A DNA stretch of 62,996 bases, the filler included. It is 11 parts of 11 records of this genome, joined end to end, with 100 filler letters (N's around TTAATTAATTAA, not from the genome) between each part and the next. Parts side by side here need not be neighbours in the genome. Positions count along the whole stretch, not along the records: positions 1 to 9,929 come from SRR7504441_13515; positions 10,030 to 18,197 come from SRR7504441_13521; 9 more parts are not named here. One strand, given 5' to 3'. The notes under the pieces were generated by a model, which worked only from the letters and a program-made list of their open reading frames with translations, searched no databases and was not told the DNA's origin. Within the stretch, counting starts at the first letter, position 1. Each line of letters opens with the position of its first letter. The position numbers were made by a program, and so were the translations under genes. Positions 1 to 10,436 of this stretch are shown one piece after another.

Positions 1-182
1 ATTGATCGAACTGACTTCCTCGGTCGACGTACATAAACAATCATGATGGTACGTACGGTGACACTGCAGCGAATATGGAACCGGCTTAGGTTCCAAGTAC
101 CGGTAAGATAGAAGCTCGGTAGTCATAGAACAAAAAGTACACACGTTCTATTCAGTTCTTTCTTCCTAAGCTTTGTAGCAGG

Positions 183-1343
183 CTATAGGTCATCATGGAG
201 GGACAATCCCTCCATGGCAACACGAGCTTCCAATAGCTCCGACCAACCTAAGCAACTGATGACATGTTGTGTGGATTGGGTGCAGGAGGCTGCACTCTCC
301 TCCTCGGCGTCATCATCATCCGAAGGAGAACAGCAGCTATCACTATTCAAACTTTGACTTTCATCGTTGTCACTTGCCAGCGCCAACTCACTATAACTTC
401 CATGCAGCATTGTCAGCGCTGCACTCTGCTTGTCGGCTAGGGAGCCGACGACTGCCCCGATAGCTGCGCCATCTTTGGTCCATTCTGACGAGCCCGAATC
501 TAGTAACACGGCCTTCTGGGGATCCCTCAGTCGAACTTCTGCAGTGAGACACTTTGCATGACACGGCCTGCCGGAGCTGTCGAGCACCTCCAGCACCTCC
601 CAGCAGCCCAAAGCTTGCACCCAGTAGCCAAAGAAGAGCTGGTCATCCTCGTGCGACATTAGCTCCACGAAAGAAAGCATCCCACCACCGCCATTCGTGA
701 ACGGCGCCAACCGCTCTTCTGCCACCGACCAGCGGCAGCCCTTGCGGAGGCAGTAGCTGTAGTACAGCGCAGCAACGTGCCCGCTGGCGGCCCTCTCGAG
801 TTGTAGCACGATCGGCTGACTCTCGAAGAGCGTCTGCTTGCATGGCCACCAGTGATACTGTACAGCAGCGTCAGCATCGTGCGCTGGCGCGCACTCCACC
901 ATGGCTCGTAGAAGCAGTTCAGCATCTTGCTGCGCGCCCACAACCCGATCGGGCCAGACCTGCTCATCATTGGAGGCCTGCGGATGCTCCATCGCCACCT
1001 GCGGCGGGCAGCACGATGAGAGCGGGTGCCGAGCCACAAATTCCAGCAGGCGGCGGTGCTGCTCCTCTCGCAGCAGGGCTGGCGTGAGTGAGTCGAGCTT
1101 GGCCGCCACGTAGAGGTGGGCGGCGCGCGAACACGCCATTAGTTGCATAGAGGCCCGCAGCCCGGCGTGCTGCAGCACCAATGATAGCGTCGCCTGCATC
1201 GGCGCCGCCAGCAGTGCACACGATGCATCGGAGGGCGGAGCAGTTTTGCCGCCCGGGAAGCTTCGTGCTGCTGTGTCCAGGGCATCGCGTACAGCCTCAG
1301 CAGACAGGCTCACCCGCAGGGTGTAGTAGTCGGTCCACCCCAT
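183..1343 (-). CDS. Hypothetical protein, possible weak F-box-like segment, acidic C-terminus
   Basis: 386-aa ATG-initiated ORF with protein-like composition and an AT-rich 3' flank; LSLVLQHAGLRASMQLMACSR resembles an F-box helix only weakly. Confidence 0.5.
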   Translation of the reverse strand: MGWTDYYTLRVSLSAEAVRDALDTAARSFPGGKTAPPSDASCALLAAPMQATLSLVLQHAGLRASMQLMACSRAAHLYVAAKLDSLTPALLREEQHRRLLEFVARHPLSSCCPPQVAMEHPQASNDEQVWPDRVVGAQQDAELLLRAMVECAPAHDADAAVQYHWWPCKQTLFESQPIVLQLERAASGHVAALYYSYCLRKGCRWSVAEERLAPFTNGGGGMLSFVELMSHEDDQLFFGYWVQALGCWEVLEVLDSSGRPCHAKCLTAEVRLRDPQKAVLLDSGSSEWTKDGAAIGAVVGSLADKQSAALTMLHGSYSELALASDNDESQSLNSDSCCSPSDDDDAEEESAASCTQSTQHVISCLGWSELLEARVAMEGLSLHDDL

Positions 1344-1462
1344 GTACCAGTAGTAGCCCCCTCGGGCTCACGGCCGTGGTTCCCTCAGTACCGTACCAAT
1401 GCCAGGATCCACAACGGACATTTTTTGCACTTATATGGGTGTGGTAGAGCTGTTTGGGGGAT

Positions 1463-1865
1463 ATGGCTGAGGAGGCCTGCATCGCCGCGCTGGACAGCGC
1501 CGGGGGCTCCGGTGGCCGCCAACCCGTGCCCCATGCCAGCTCGGCTGCAGGCCGGCTCAGTCTGCGCAACCTGGACATCAACGCGGTGCCGGCTGCAATG
1601 TACTTGGACCCTCGGCTGCGCAAGATGCGCTCGTTCGACCTGTCGAGCAACGCGCTCTCGAGCCTGCCAGAAGTGCCGGCGCTGCCCGGTTGCCGCCCAG
1701 ACCCGGGGCCAGGACGCGCTCAAGCAACTGAACGAGCTGAACGAGCTGAACCTGTCGGATAACCTGTTCCGCGAGATCCCACCGCTTCGCCCAGACCGGT
1801 CGGTGGCGGGTCGCCTGGTTCCACAGGTCCTCGGTCGGGGTCCCCCGGTAGAACTTGCTCTCTAG
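1463..1865 (+). CDS. Leucine-rich-repeat protein (spliced; 3' structure unresolved)
   Basis: LRR units LSLRNLDINAVP, FDLSSNALSSLPE and, after a short GT-AG intron, LNELNLSDNLFREIPP. Confidence 0.55.
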
Positions 1866-2134
1866 GTATTTGCCCTTGTACCCGAACGGCACGAAGCGGC
1901 AGGCCCGGTGCTTATTGAAGCTCGGATCCCGCTTGTGCATCCCGGACCGCCGCGGATCTCGCTGGCGGCCACAGTGAGCGCAGCGTCTCCTGAAATAGAC
2001 AGTCACAACGGAAGAGAACCCAACTGGCAGACCAGAAGAACTCACCAGACCAGCAGCACGGGGCCAGCGCGGGGGCATCTCGAGCATTGCGGAGCGCAAC
2101 TGGCGGTTGACCCCAACTGCACTGTTGTGGGCCA

Positions 2135-3779
2135 ATGAGCGCGGTCTCGTGGCGAGTGATGCCGCAGAGCATCGGTGCGGGCAGCCCGGTGGCTGAGCTG
2201 CTGGCCACCGAGGAAGTGCTCATCCGGATCTTCTCCCAGAACTTCCTGGTAGAGTCGCTGCTCCGCTGCGCGCTGGTGTGCTCCCAGTGGTCCCGGCTCA
2301 CAAAGCACGCCAGCTCTCTGCTGTTCGACTGCATCAGCCTGACCGGCCAGTCGGCGGTCGAGACGGTGATCGCGTCCATCACCATGCGGGCGGCCCAGCT
2401 CACCAAGCTGATGCTGGTGCACGAGGAGGCCTTTCACATCTCGGACCCGCTGGTGCTCGCGCTGCTCATCCACCACGGCAAGACCCTCGAGCAACTAACC
2501 ATCTCCGAGCGCGAGGCCGAGCACGACGGCTCCGAGCCCGTGGCCAGCCCCAAGCTGGTGCATATAAACCGGCACTGCAAGGCGATCCGGCAACTGGTGC
2601 TTGAGATGCAGGGCGAATACAAGCTGCTGGTGCCGGGCACTGTCGGCTACCTGGCCGGTCTACGCACGCTCGAGCTCAAAGACGTGCCCAGCCCCAGCTT
2701 CGGCCGGCCAGCCCGGGGCAGGTGTGCTTTGGGGAGGACGGTCAGCTGTCGGACCTGCTCAACCAGATGACTGCGCTCGAGCACCTATCACTTGAGTACA
2801 TTCGCGGGGTGCAAGAGCTAGACCTCACTCTCGGGGCACTCGAGACGTTTGCCGTCGAGAGCCTAAGTGGGTGCGAGTCGATCAAGGTGCGCGGGGGCTG
2901 CTTGGCGGAGGTGTCGATCCAGGAGCCCGACCACGCGGACTCTGCTCGCGCTCTCCAAAGGGTCTATATCACCGGAGTAACCGCCAGACTCACCGTGCTC
3001 AGTCTGCGGCTCTCTGGGTCGGTGGAGCTCACGCTGGCGCCGATGCCCGGGCTCACGCATTTGATGGCTCATGGGATCGCGTGGCGCAATCTGGAGGAGA
3101 TTGTGGCTGCAGCGCATTCCCTCCAGGCACTGGCTGCGCGCTTCGCTGGCTGAGCCGCTGGCAGGTAGTCGAGATTGGAGTGTTTGGCGGATGGATCTCA
3201 GAGGTGCGATCCACAGCACTGGCTCGGCTGAGCCGTGAGGCAGCCACATTTTGAGGACGCCAGCTTCACGCTGGTGTGCCGGCCCGCGGCGCTGGGATCG
3301 AGTGCGTGGCAGGCCGGTCTGGTGCAGTTCATCCGAGCCACCCCGCTGCTGAATGACTTATCAATTGGATCTGCGATCGGGAATAGGCTGAGCAGTCTCC
3401 GGCTGGTGCCCAGCAGCCCGAGCCCGGCCGATCAAAGGGGCACAGACTCCAGACTCGCCGCTGCTCCAGCCACTGAGCTCCGGAGGCTACTGGAGTCAGC
3501 TGTCCGACTTGCGGGTAGCGTGTGCCACGGACCACGACGCAATGACCTCGATCCTCCACTCACTGCTGCAGGCAATTCTTATAAATGGCAGGCACGGTCG
3601 CCTGAGCAAACCAGCAGGTCGCTCCTCAGATCAAGACATTGTGTGTCGGGTGCATGCGCAACTTATTGCCGTCTGCCCACTCGCCGGACTACATTCGGAT
3701 GGCCTCGGAGCTCAAGTTGTTCAACAGCCTCCTCGGTTTGCAGAGGGCTTTCCCCAATACGCACTTACAACTCGAATAA
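2135..3779 (+). CDS. F-box/LRR (FBD-like C-terminus) protein, multi-exon
   Basis: F-box motif EEVLIRIFSQ..SLLRCALVCSQW, LRR-like repeats, five introns of 38-46 nt including GC-AG at 3127-3164 and 3572-3617; spliced frame ends TAA 3777-3779. Confidence 0.7.
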
Positions 3780-3842
3780 AATCAAATAAAACCGAAGAGG
3801 TGCTCGAAAAAGTTACCGTGTACACATTCTATACATATTCAG

Positions 3843-5045
3843 CTACAAGCGCATGTAATTGTGATCGGATCCGTGATCTACTCTATTAGCATAGTCGTGT
3901 CTTGGCCACGACTTGTAAGCAAGCACGGAGAGCACTAACCCGGCACCGAGTAGCTTGCCCAGCGCCCCCAGCGAGAGCCCCACTCCCGGCAGAGGCTGCT
4001 CTACCCTCAGCAGAGCCCAAAGCACCCCATTACCCCACGCAACCGGTGGTTGCAACCGATATACCGCCGCTGCCCTCGCAGCGGCCTCAGGTGCCTCCTC
4101 TCCGCAGCCCCACCCACTCTTCAGCCATTCGCTTACCCTAGGCTCGTCAACCCACACTGCCACCCGAACCGGCCAGCCTGTCTCGCCGCTCCCACCCAAC
4201 CGGAGCCCCGTCGCCCCCATCTCTGCTGAGGCCTCCCTAGTGCGAAACCAGCCCGGATGGAGCAGGGCCGCAAGCACGACAGCGTCCCACGGGACAGCGC
4301 CCTCCACAGGACGGCCCCACATCCGACTGAGCAGCCGCCCGCGCTGCTCGGCCCCCGCAGCCAGCGCTGCCAGCAGAGGCCCAGCGGGGCTGTTGGGGCA
4401 CTGCTCATACCGCTGCTCCAGCCAGGTGCGTGGCAGCTGGACTGCTAGCATTACGTCCACAGGGACGAACAGCACCGGCACCGCCGACTGCAGCACCGTT
4501 CGGACCGCCCGAGGATCCGGCAGAAAGTATAGATTGGCCACCAGCGCCGCCGCCATACTGGGGGGCGCCTGCCACGAGCCGCCCACGCACACCACCCGCC
4601 GGATCCTGGCGGCGATATCCGGGTCGGCAGCCAGCGCGGCGCCGATATTGGTGAGCGGACCGAGGGCCAGCACACTGACAGTGCCGGGGGGATGCTCGCG
4701 GACCATCTGGGCGATCGCGCGGGAAGCCGGGCTCGGTGCACTGGTGGCGCACATGTGCGGCAGAGGGAGCAGGCAGTCGGTCCCGAGATAGATCGGCACA
4801 GACCAGCCCACCCGCCGGGTGAGTCGCTGCACTGCGTCAATGCAGAGCGCGGCCGGCGCGTTGCCGTATGTGACGGTGAGCCCGATCACCGGCTGGTGTC
4901 TGGCCAGCAACAACGCCAGATCGTCGTCCGTGTCCATGGCGAGGCGCGTCAGGCCGGCGGCGTCCGTGTCGATGATCAACCGGTCGGCCGGGCCCAGCTG
5001 CCCGTCGGACACGGCCAGCCACAACAGAGCCAACAGCGAACGCAT
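3843..5045 (-). CDS. Inosine/uridine-preferring nucleoside hydrolase family protein with signal peptide and C-terminal hydrophobic anchor
   Basis: IIDTD..DTDDDLALL, TVTYGN, LALGPLTNIG, ANLYFLPDP, PWDAVV motifs; hydrophobic N- and C-termini. Confidence 0.85.
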   Translation of the reverse strand: MRSLLALLWLAVSDGQLGPADRLIIDTDAAGLTRLAMDTDDDLALLLARHQPVIGLTVTYGNAPAALCIDAVQRLTRRVGWSVPIYLGTDCLLPLPHMCATSAPSPASRAIAQMVREHPPGTVSVLALGPLTNIGAALAADPDIAARIRRVVCVGGSWQAPPSMAAALVANLYFLPDPRAVRTVLQSAVPVLFVPVDVMLAVQLPRTWLEQRYEQCPNSPAGPLLAALAAGAEQRGRLLSRMWGRPVEGAVPWDAVVLAALLHPGWFRTREASAEMGATGLRLGGSGETGWPVRVAVWVDEPRVSEWLKSGWGCGEEAPEAAARAAAVYRLQPPVAWGNGVLWALLRVEQPLPGVGLSLGALGKLLGAGLVLSVLAYKSWPRHDYANRVDHGSDHNYMRL

Positions 5046-5216
5046 GATTATGCGCCGAACGCAGGCGAGCAGCGCGAGGCAGGGTTCTCAACCGGCCCTC
5101 AACTTTGCGCATGCCTTGACTTCCTGAGGATTTTCAGCCACCAATTCGGTCAGCGTGACCGCTCAAGACGACCAGAGAGATCGGGTCCACGGCGTGGTGC
5201 CAGGCGTGCAGGCTCG

Positions 5217-5645
5217 ATGGTTTGCCTGCAGCAAAAGCTAGGGCGGCTCTGTGCGCGCCAGCTCGGCCGATTACCGCTCCGACGCGGCTACTCCTCCGGG
5301 GCCGAGCGGTTGAGCAGCGCGCTCACCGAGATAGACAGGGCGATTGACCTGAGCTTCCCGGCCGATCCTGCGGCCGCCCGGAGGCAGCTCGAGCAGCTCG
5401 AGCTGCGGGCCAACGAGCTGCGAGATAGCGCCGCCGAGGCCCGGATGCAGGCGCGGCGGCCGCGGGCGTTGAGCTCCAAGCAGTGGCTCGACGCGGTACT
5501 GGTGGCGATGCAGGAGGAGATCAGGCAGCAGCGGCACGACCCGAGCGAATCTCTGGACTTGTCCCTGCGCGAGCTCGAGACGAGGGCCAAAGAGCTGCGA
5601 CTAGAGCACAACGTCAACCAGCTCTGCGCTCAGCTTAAATTCTAG
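5217..5645 (+). CDS. Small hypothetical coiled-coil protein, possible mitochondrial presequence
   Basis: ATG ORF with an Arg-rich N-terminus (LCARQLGRLPLRRGYSS) and helical heptads; divergent from the nucleoside hydrolase gene. Confidence 0.4.
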   Translation: MVCLQQKLGRLCARQLGRLPLRRGYSSGAERLSSALTEIDRAIDLSFPADPAAARRQLEQLELRANELRDSAAEARMQARRPRALSSKQWLDAVLVAMQEEIRQQRHDPSESLDLSLRELETRAKELRLEHNVNQLCAQLKF

Positions 5646-6430
5646 AGTCGCTGCCTTCGGCTGCCCGCGGAGTGCACCCGCGGGTTCTCATCAATATCAA
5701 TTATAATTACAATAGTAAAAAGCACTCGAACCATAGCTCTCAGCTAGCTCAGCTCATTAGATCTGAATTTACCCTGTAATCAAGCATGGCCATTCTACTA
5801 GATCTCATCAACGACCCACTCTGGCTCGAGCTCTTATTGCTCGGTGGTTGTCCGTATGAATCGGTAATCGAGGTTTGCACAACTGTTGTACATCTCTCAT
5901 AGCTGGGGCATCATGGCCACGGGCCGTGCCGTCAAATCTACTCGCCGCCGGTCGTGCCGTCTGTGGGGCGCGCGCGACCGGCGCGGCGTTGAAGGCCGTC
6001 CCAGTCCGCAATCTGCTCGGCCGTCTATGGTGATACCGCTCATTCGACCGTCTAATCAAACTGCAATCCAGCAATGGATCCATTACACTCAAAGAATGCA
6101 CATACCTTTCACGAGTGGCGTGACTCTCTGCAGCGGCGTTCGTAGATTGGCCCAGCTGCTTCCAGAAGGTGGCGTCATGGGTATTTGGGCATAAACTCTT
6201 CCCTGGGCGGCTTTGCTGCCGTTCAGGTTCTCGAAGATGTCGCAGGCCCGCTGGCTCGCTGGCATCTCACGCCCCTGGCAGCACCTTTGTTTCTGTTTTT
6301 GCTCTCTGAAAAACTCGAAAAGCAGCTACGATTCAGTTGTACTGATAGCTGACTGAGGGGCGAAGTGAGGAGGTGAGCATGCATGCATGAGCTTGATAAT
6401 TAAGTTACGAATAAAATCATTAGTAAAGCT

Positions 6431-7830
6431 CTATCTCGAGAACAATCGGGCCATAAGCGACGTCTTCCCGGCCTGAGTTGATTGCTCGTCATCGCCTGGG
6501 ACAACCTCCGGCACGAGAAGCGTTCCGCTCAGCCAATCTAGCGCGTATCCAACCAACGAGTGCAATGCCGCGACAAACATGCCCAACCCACACTCGAGCC
6601 TCACCTCAAAGCACTTGCCGTCGCACGGGATCTCCTCGGCTCCGAGCTTGTCGAGCATTCGGTTGCCCAACCCAGCAGTTAACGGCCCTGCCACCGCTCC
6701 GACCAGCCCAGTCGGGCCACGCACCCAACTCGAGCTGCAGCAACATGAGGGCCAGCACCGCCACGTCGAGCGAGGCCCACACCCCGGCCAACTGTACCCG
6801 GGGCTCGCCGGCCGGCTGGCTTAGGCGCACCTGGTGGAGCCAGACCCATCGCTCCTGCCCTCCTGGCGCAAAGTGGCCCCACGCGCCGCCCCAGACTGCA
6901 GCTTGGCTGACCACGCGCAGCAGTGGCGCCAGCATCACGAACAGCACGAGCAGCCCGCCGATCACAATCATGCCTGCCCCCAATGGGCCTGCCACCGCCC
7001 CGGCAGCCCACCGAATGCGTCAGAAGGCTGGCTCTCACTGCTGAATGCCTGTGCACCAAACTCATTGCATGCAGGCGAGGGGCGGGCACCAGAAGAGCCC
7101 CGATGCACTGCACCAGCGAGTAGCCACGTTCGGTCGGAGCCAGGCTGAGTGGGGTAGTCGTCACTGTCCGAAACGCCGGCAGGAGCAGCGCTGCGGGGAG
7201 AGTGACCAGCTGCGAGGCAAGCAGCCAGCCAGTCCCGAGCCCCAGCCGGCCGCGAGCCCGGTCGGTCGGCCGGGGAGGGTCCGGCTGGGATGGCTCGGCC
7301 ATCAGCCCGGCCAGCTGGCCGCACGCGATCGACAGGCAGGAGGCCAGCCCGTAACAGTACAGTCCGGGCAGGGCGCGCACTGCCAGCAGCAGCGGCAACT
7401 TGCCCTGAAGCAGCCCGGCCGGCATGGGCCCGATGTAAACCCGGACGGCTACCATGATCACCCCGCACACAATCAGATCGACGTGGTTCCACCGGCCGTG
7501 CCGCTCCAACAAGCCGAGCCCCTGCTTGCGCCCGGTCGCAGCCAGCCCCAGCGTCAAGCCCAGCTTTAGGTACGGCCACACCCCCGACAGCACAAACAGG
7601 ACAGCCGCCAGTGCCACCCGGCCGTTGTTCCGCAGCGCGGTGATGGCCTCGAAGAGGTTGTATTCTTTGAGCCGAGCCGGCAGGGGCATATTTGGAGTCT
7701 GCAGCTCCACAGCCCACTCGCGGTCGATCTGCCCGATCGCGAACAAGCCGGCGGTGAGCAGAACTAGCACCCCGAGGACGCCGAACCCCGGGTCCGGGTC
7801 GCGCGGCCGTGGCGGGTGGTAGGGCATTTG
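6431..7830 (-). CDS. Paraquat-inducible protein A (PqiA)-like membrane protein with two PqiA-like halves (spliced)
   Basis: LFVLSGVWPYLKL..GRWNHVDL and MLAPLLRV..GVWASLDVAVLAL match the PqiA P-x-x-K and W-S-M-x-D-V patterns; many TM segments; frame changes bridged by short introns; exact start uncertain. Confidence 0.6.
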
Positions 7831-7968
7831 CGCCACGCGGCTCCGGAGAGGACTCGCGCTGAGGCGGTGGCCGTGGCCGGTGCAGGGTCGGCAACGATAA
7901 TGTTACGGTGGCAACGATAATGTTAGTGTCTCACTATCATATCCTGACTAGCTGTTGTAGCTGGTTAA

Positions 7969-9195
7969 TTATAATTGAGCACTTGTCCTAGGTAAGCTGT
8001 GGAGCTCTAAGCGTCCAAGAGGAGTCCCGATCTTGGCCAGCGCGTTCTTCCCCTTTGAGCGCTCAGACCACGGCGGTAGACACGAGCACATCATAATCGC
8101 TCCCCGGAGCTCCTGTCCGCCAAGCGCTCGGTCCTGGCACCGGTGGGTGTGGCCGCACCTGGCAGTTTTCTTTGGTCTTGGCTGATGTGAGGAGCAGCTG
8201 CTTCACACCGATGTCCCGAGCCACCTCCAGCCAGTCCTTCTCCTGGGCCAGGTTGGGCCCGCGCCGCTCGAGCCACAGATCGTACTTGCAGCCCACGAGG
8301 ACAAAGTCCTCCAGCAACGGGGCGGCCACCCGTACCTCGTTTGCCCAGCCGTGGATATTGGACAGAGAGGTTGAGTTGGTCATATCAAAGCACAGCACCG
8401 CCACATGCACACAGGAGCAGGCAGACTGCCGCAGGCGCTGATACGACGGCTGCCCTCCGGTGTCCCAAATTTCGAGGTCGTCTCCGACCTTGTCGCTGTT
8501 CACCGTCGTGGGTGAGTCTGCCAAGCCGGTCAGCCAGTCACAGCAAACACGCGCACAGTAGTCCTCCTCCATAGAATAGTTCGGATCCTTCAGCACATTG
8601 TACAGCTGGGTCTGTCCTACCGGCTCAGCCCGTCAGCCTGCCCAAGACTCGCCTTCCCCACCGTCCCGTCCCCCACCAGCACCGCTTTGACCACCCTATG
8701 CGCACTGCCGGCCCACGGGCGACCCGGGACACTGACTGCACCGGTCCGGTCACCCCGAGGCCGGCGATTCGAGGCCGGTGACTCGATACAGTTCCTCCGG
8801 AACTCGCTGGTCTCGCGCGCCCGGTTCTGCTGTATAAGGCTGGTGAGTCCGCGGCATTCGCTCAGGTTTGCCGGCCTGAGCGTGTCCCGTAGATCTAGCA
8901 CAGGGAGGATGTTGCCCGATGCTGTCCGTATGCTGGTGGCCAGCCGCGGCTCCCTCACGGTCTCGATCGGGATCAGTGCGTACTGCTGACCCTCTCCTGC
9001 TGCAGCAAGGAGAGGGTCGAGGATCTGCTCCTTCAGCCCCGACAGCTGCGCTGGGAGCGGCGCCTGTGCGGCCGCCTCGGCCTGCAGCGCTTCAGACCAG
9101 CGGGGCTGATTCAGATGGGCAGGATTGCGTGGAGACGGAGCAGTCCACGGGGGCGGGGGCGGCTCCCCACACGAGGCCTTGCAGTAGTTTCCCAT
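7969..9195 (-). CDS. Ras-superfamily (Rho-like) small GTPase with long N-terminal extension
   Basis: G1 GDGTVGK|T (restored by GC-AG intron 8612-8652), G3 WDTGGQ, G4 GCKYD, G5 TSAK; starts MGNYCKASC. Confidence 0.8.
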
Positions 9196-9291
9196 GGTAC
9201 CACAGGCCTTCAACCACGTCAGTGCAGTGCCGTTGGAGCGCAATTTGATACGAACTGCAATGTTCGTGTTCCGGCCTTCCCCAGCGCGGGC

Positions 9292-9929
9292 GATGACCGA
9301 GGACGAGGTGCTCAAGGACCTCGAGAGCATAAAACGGTCGCTCCCTGCGCTCGCCCCGCGCTCCGCCCGGGCGCGCCCCCGCCGGCAGCGGACCGACAGC
9401 TGCAGCAAGGAGAACCGGCCGCCCAACCTGGAGCAGCTGATCGTCAGCGTCGAGAAGCTCACCAAGTGCCTCGAGCCCAGGCCAGTCCCAGCGGTCATGC
9501 CCGCACCGCCGGTGGCGCCAGAGCCGCCCAAGTTCGACAGCCCGCCCCACCGGCTCCGGTCACAGCTCAGCGACCGGAGCGACGGCTCGCTGATTTGCCT
9601 CTCGCCGCTCACGGATATGGCCGAGAGCCAGGCGGCCGTGCTGGCGCCCGAGGTCGGGGACCTGGTGAAGGATATTCAGCTGGACAGTCCGCCGGCGGAG
9701 GCCCGGCGCCCAGTGCGAGGTTGCACCCCGGCGGCCCAGCAGCTGCACGATCGGCTGCACAGCAACCACGAGGTACGCGGCCGGAGGCCCGGGCTCACCG
9801 TCGGGCGCAGGCTGCAGTCAGGTCGGCTGCCGCTCGGTCGCGACGGTCGGTGATTGAAAAGCTCAAGGCGGGCAACTCGCAGCCGACGTGCGAGGACAGC
9901 CCGAGCGCTGCTGCCCTCGAGGATGCCTC
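9292..9929 (+). CDS. Hypothetical disordered protein, 3' truncated at contig end
   Basis: ORF MTEDEVLKDLE.. with KEN motif, Pro/Ser-rich; no recognisable domain. Confidence 0.4.
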
Positions 9930-10029
9930 NNNNNNNNNNNNNNNNNNNNNNNNNNNNNNNNNNNNNNNNNNNNTTAATTAATTAANNNNNNNNNNNNNNN
10001 NNNNNNNNNNNNNNNNNNNNNNNNNNNNN
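9930..10029. other. Artificial contig linker N44-TTAATTAATTAA-N44 (first of ten)
   Basis: Identical 100-bp spacers with stops in all frames also at 18198-18297, 24953-25052, 32616-32715, 35853-35952, 40190-40289, 43451-43550, 48089-48188, 52046-52145, 59283-59382. Confidence 0.99.
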
Positions 10030-10436
10030 ATCTCGAGAGTCCAGGCCATTTGAGCTTTGTCCTTGCTTGGGCAGACCTTGGCCGTGTTCGACACTCGACC
10101 GTTGTAGGTGGTGAGTGAAAAGTTCTTCCGTCAAATAACGGCAAGCGAGCTCTTGGAGTATTGACCAAGTGCTGCGCTTCAATGGCAATGCATGCTACAG
10201 TACCCACCGGCGTTAGTCATGGTATGATGAACTCAGGGTTTGTCCTTTAAGGATACTTGCAATTGTAATAAAGAAAGGAGACATGTATGCCTTCTATTTA
10301 TGATTGTTGGATTTAATCCATTGTAAAACAACCCTACAGTGGCGGGTGTGATCTCGCGTGGATGAACACTTGATTCCACCTCCATTCCACCGGCGTGTAC
10401 TCAGCTAGTGACTCAATAGGCTATCAGCCGACACAA

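Noticed and set aside
9930-10029. Regularly recurring TTAATTAATTAA palindrome in N runs, superficially a repeat array
   Set aside because: Identical 100-bp artificial scaffold linkers with six-frame stops; not biological
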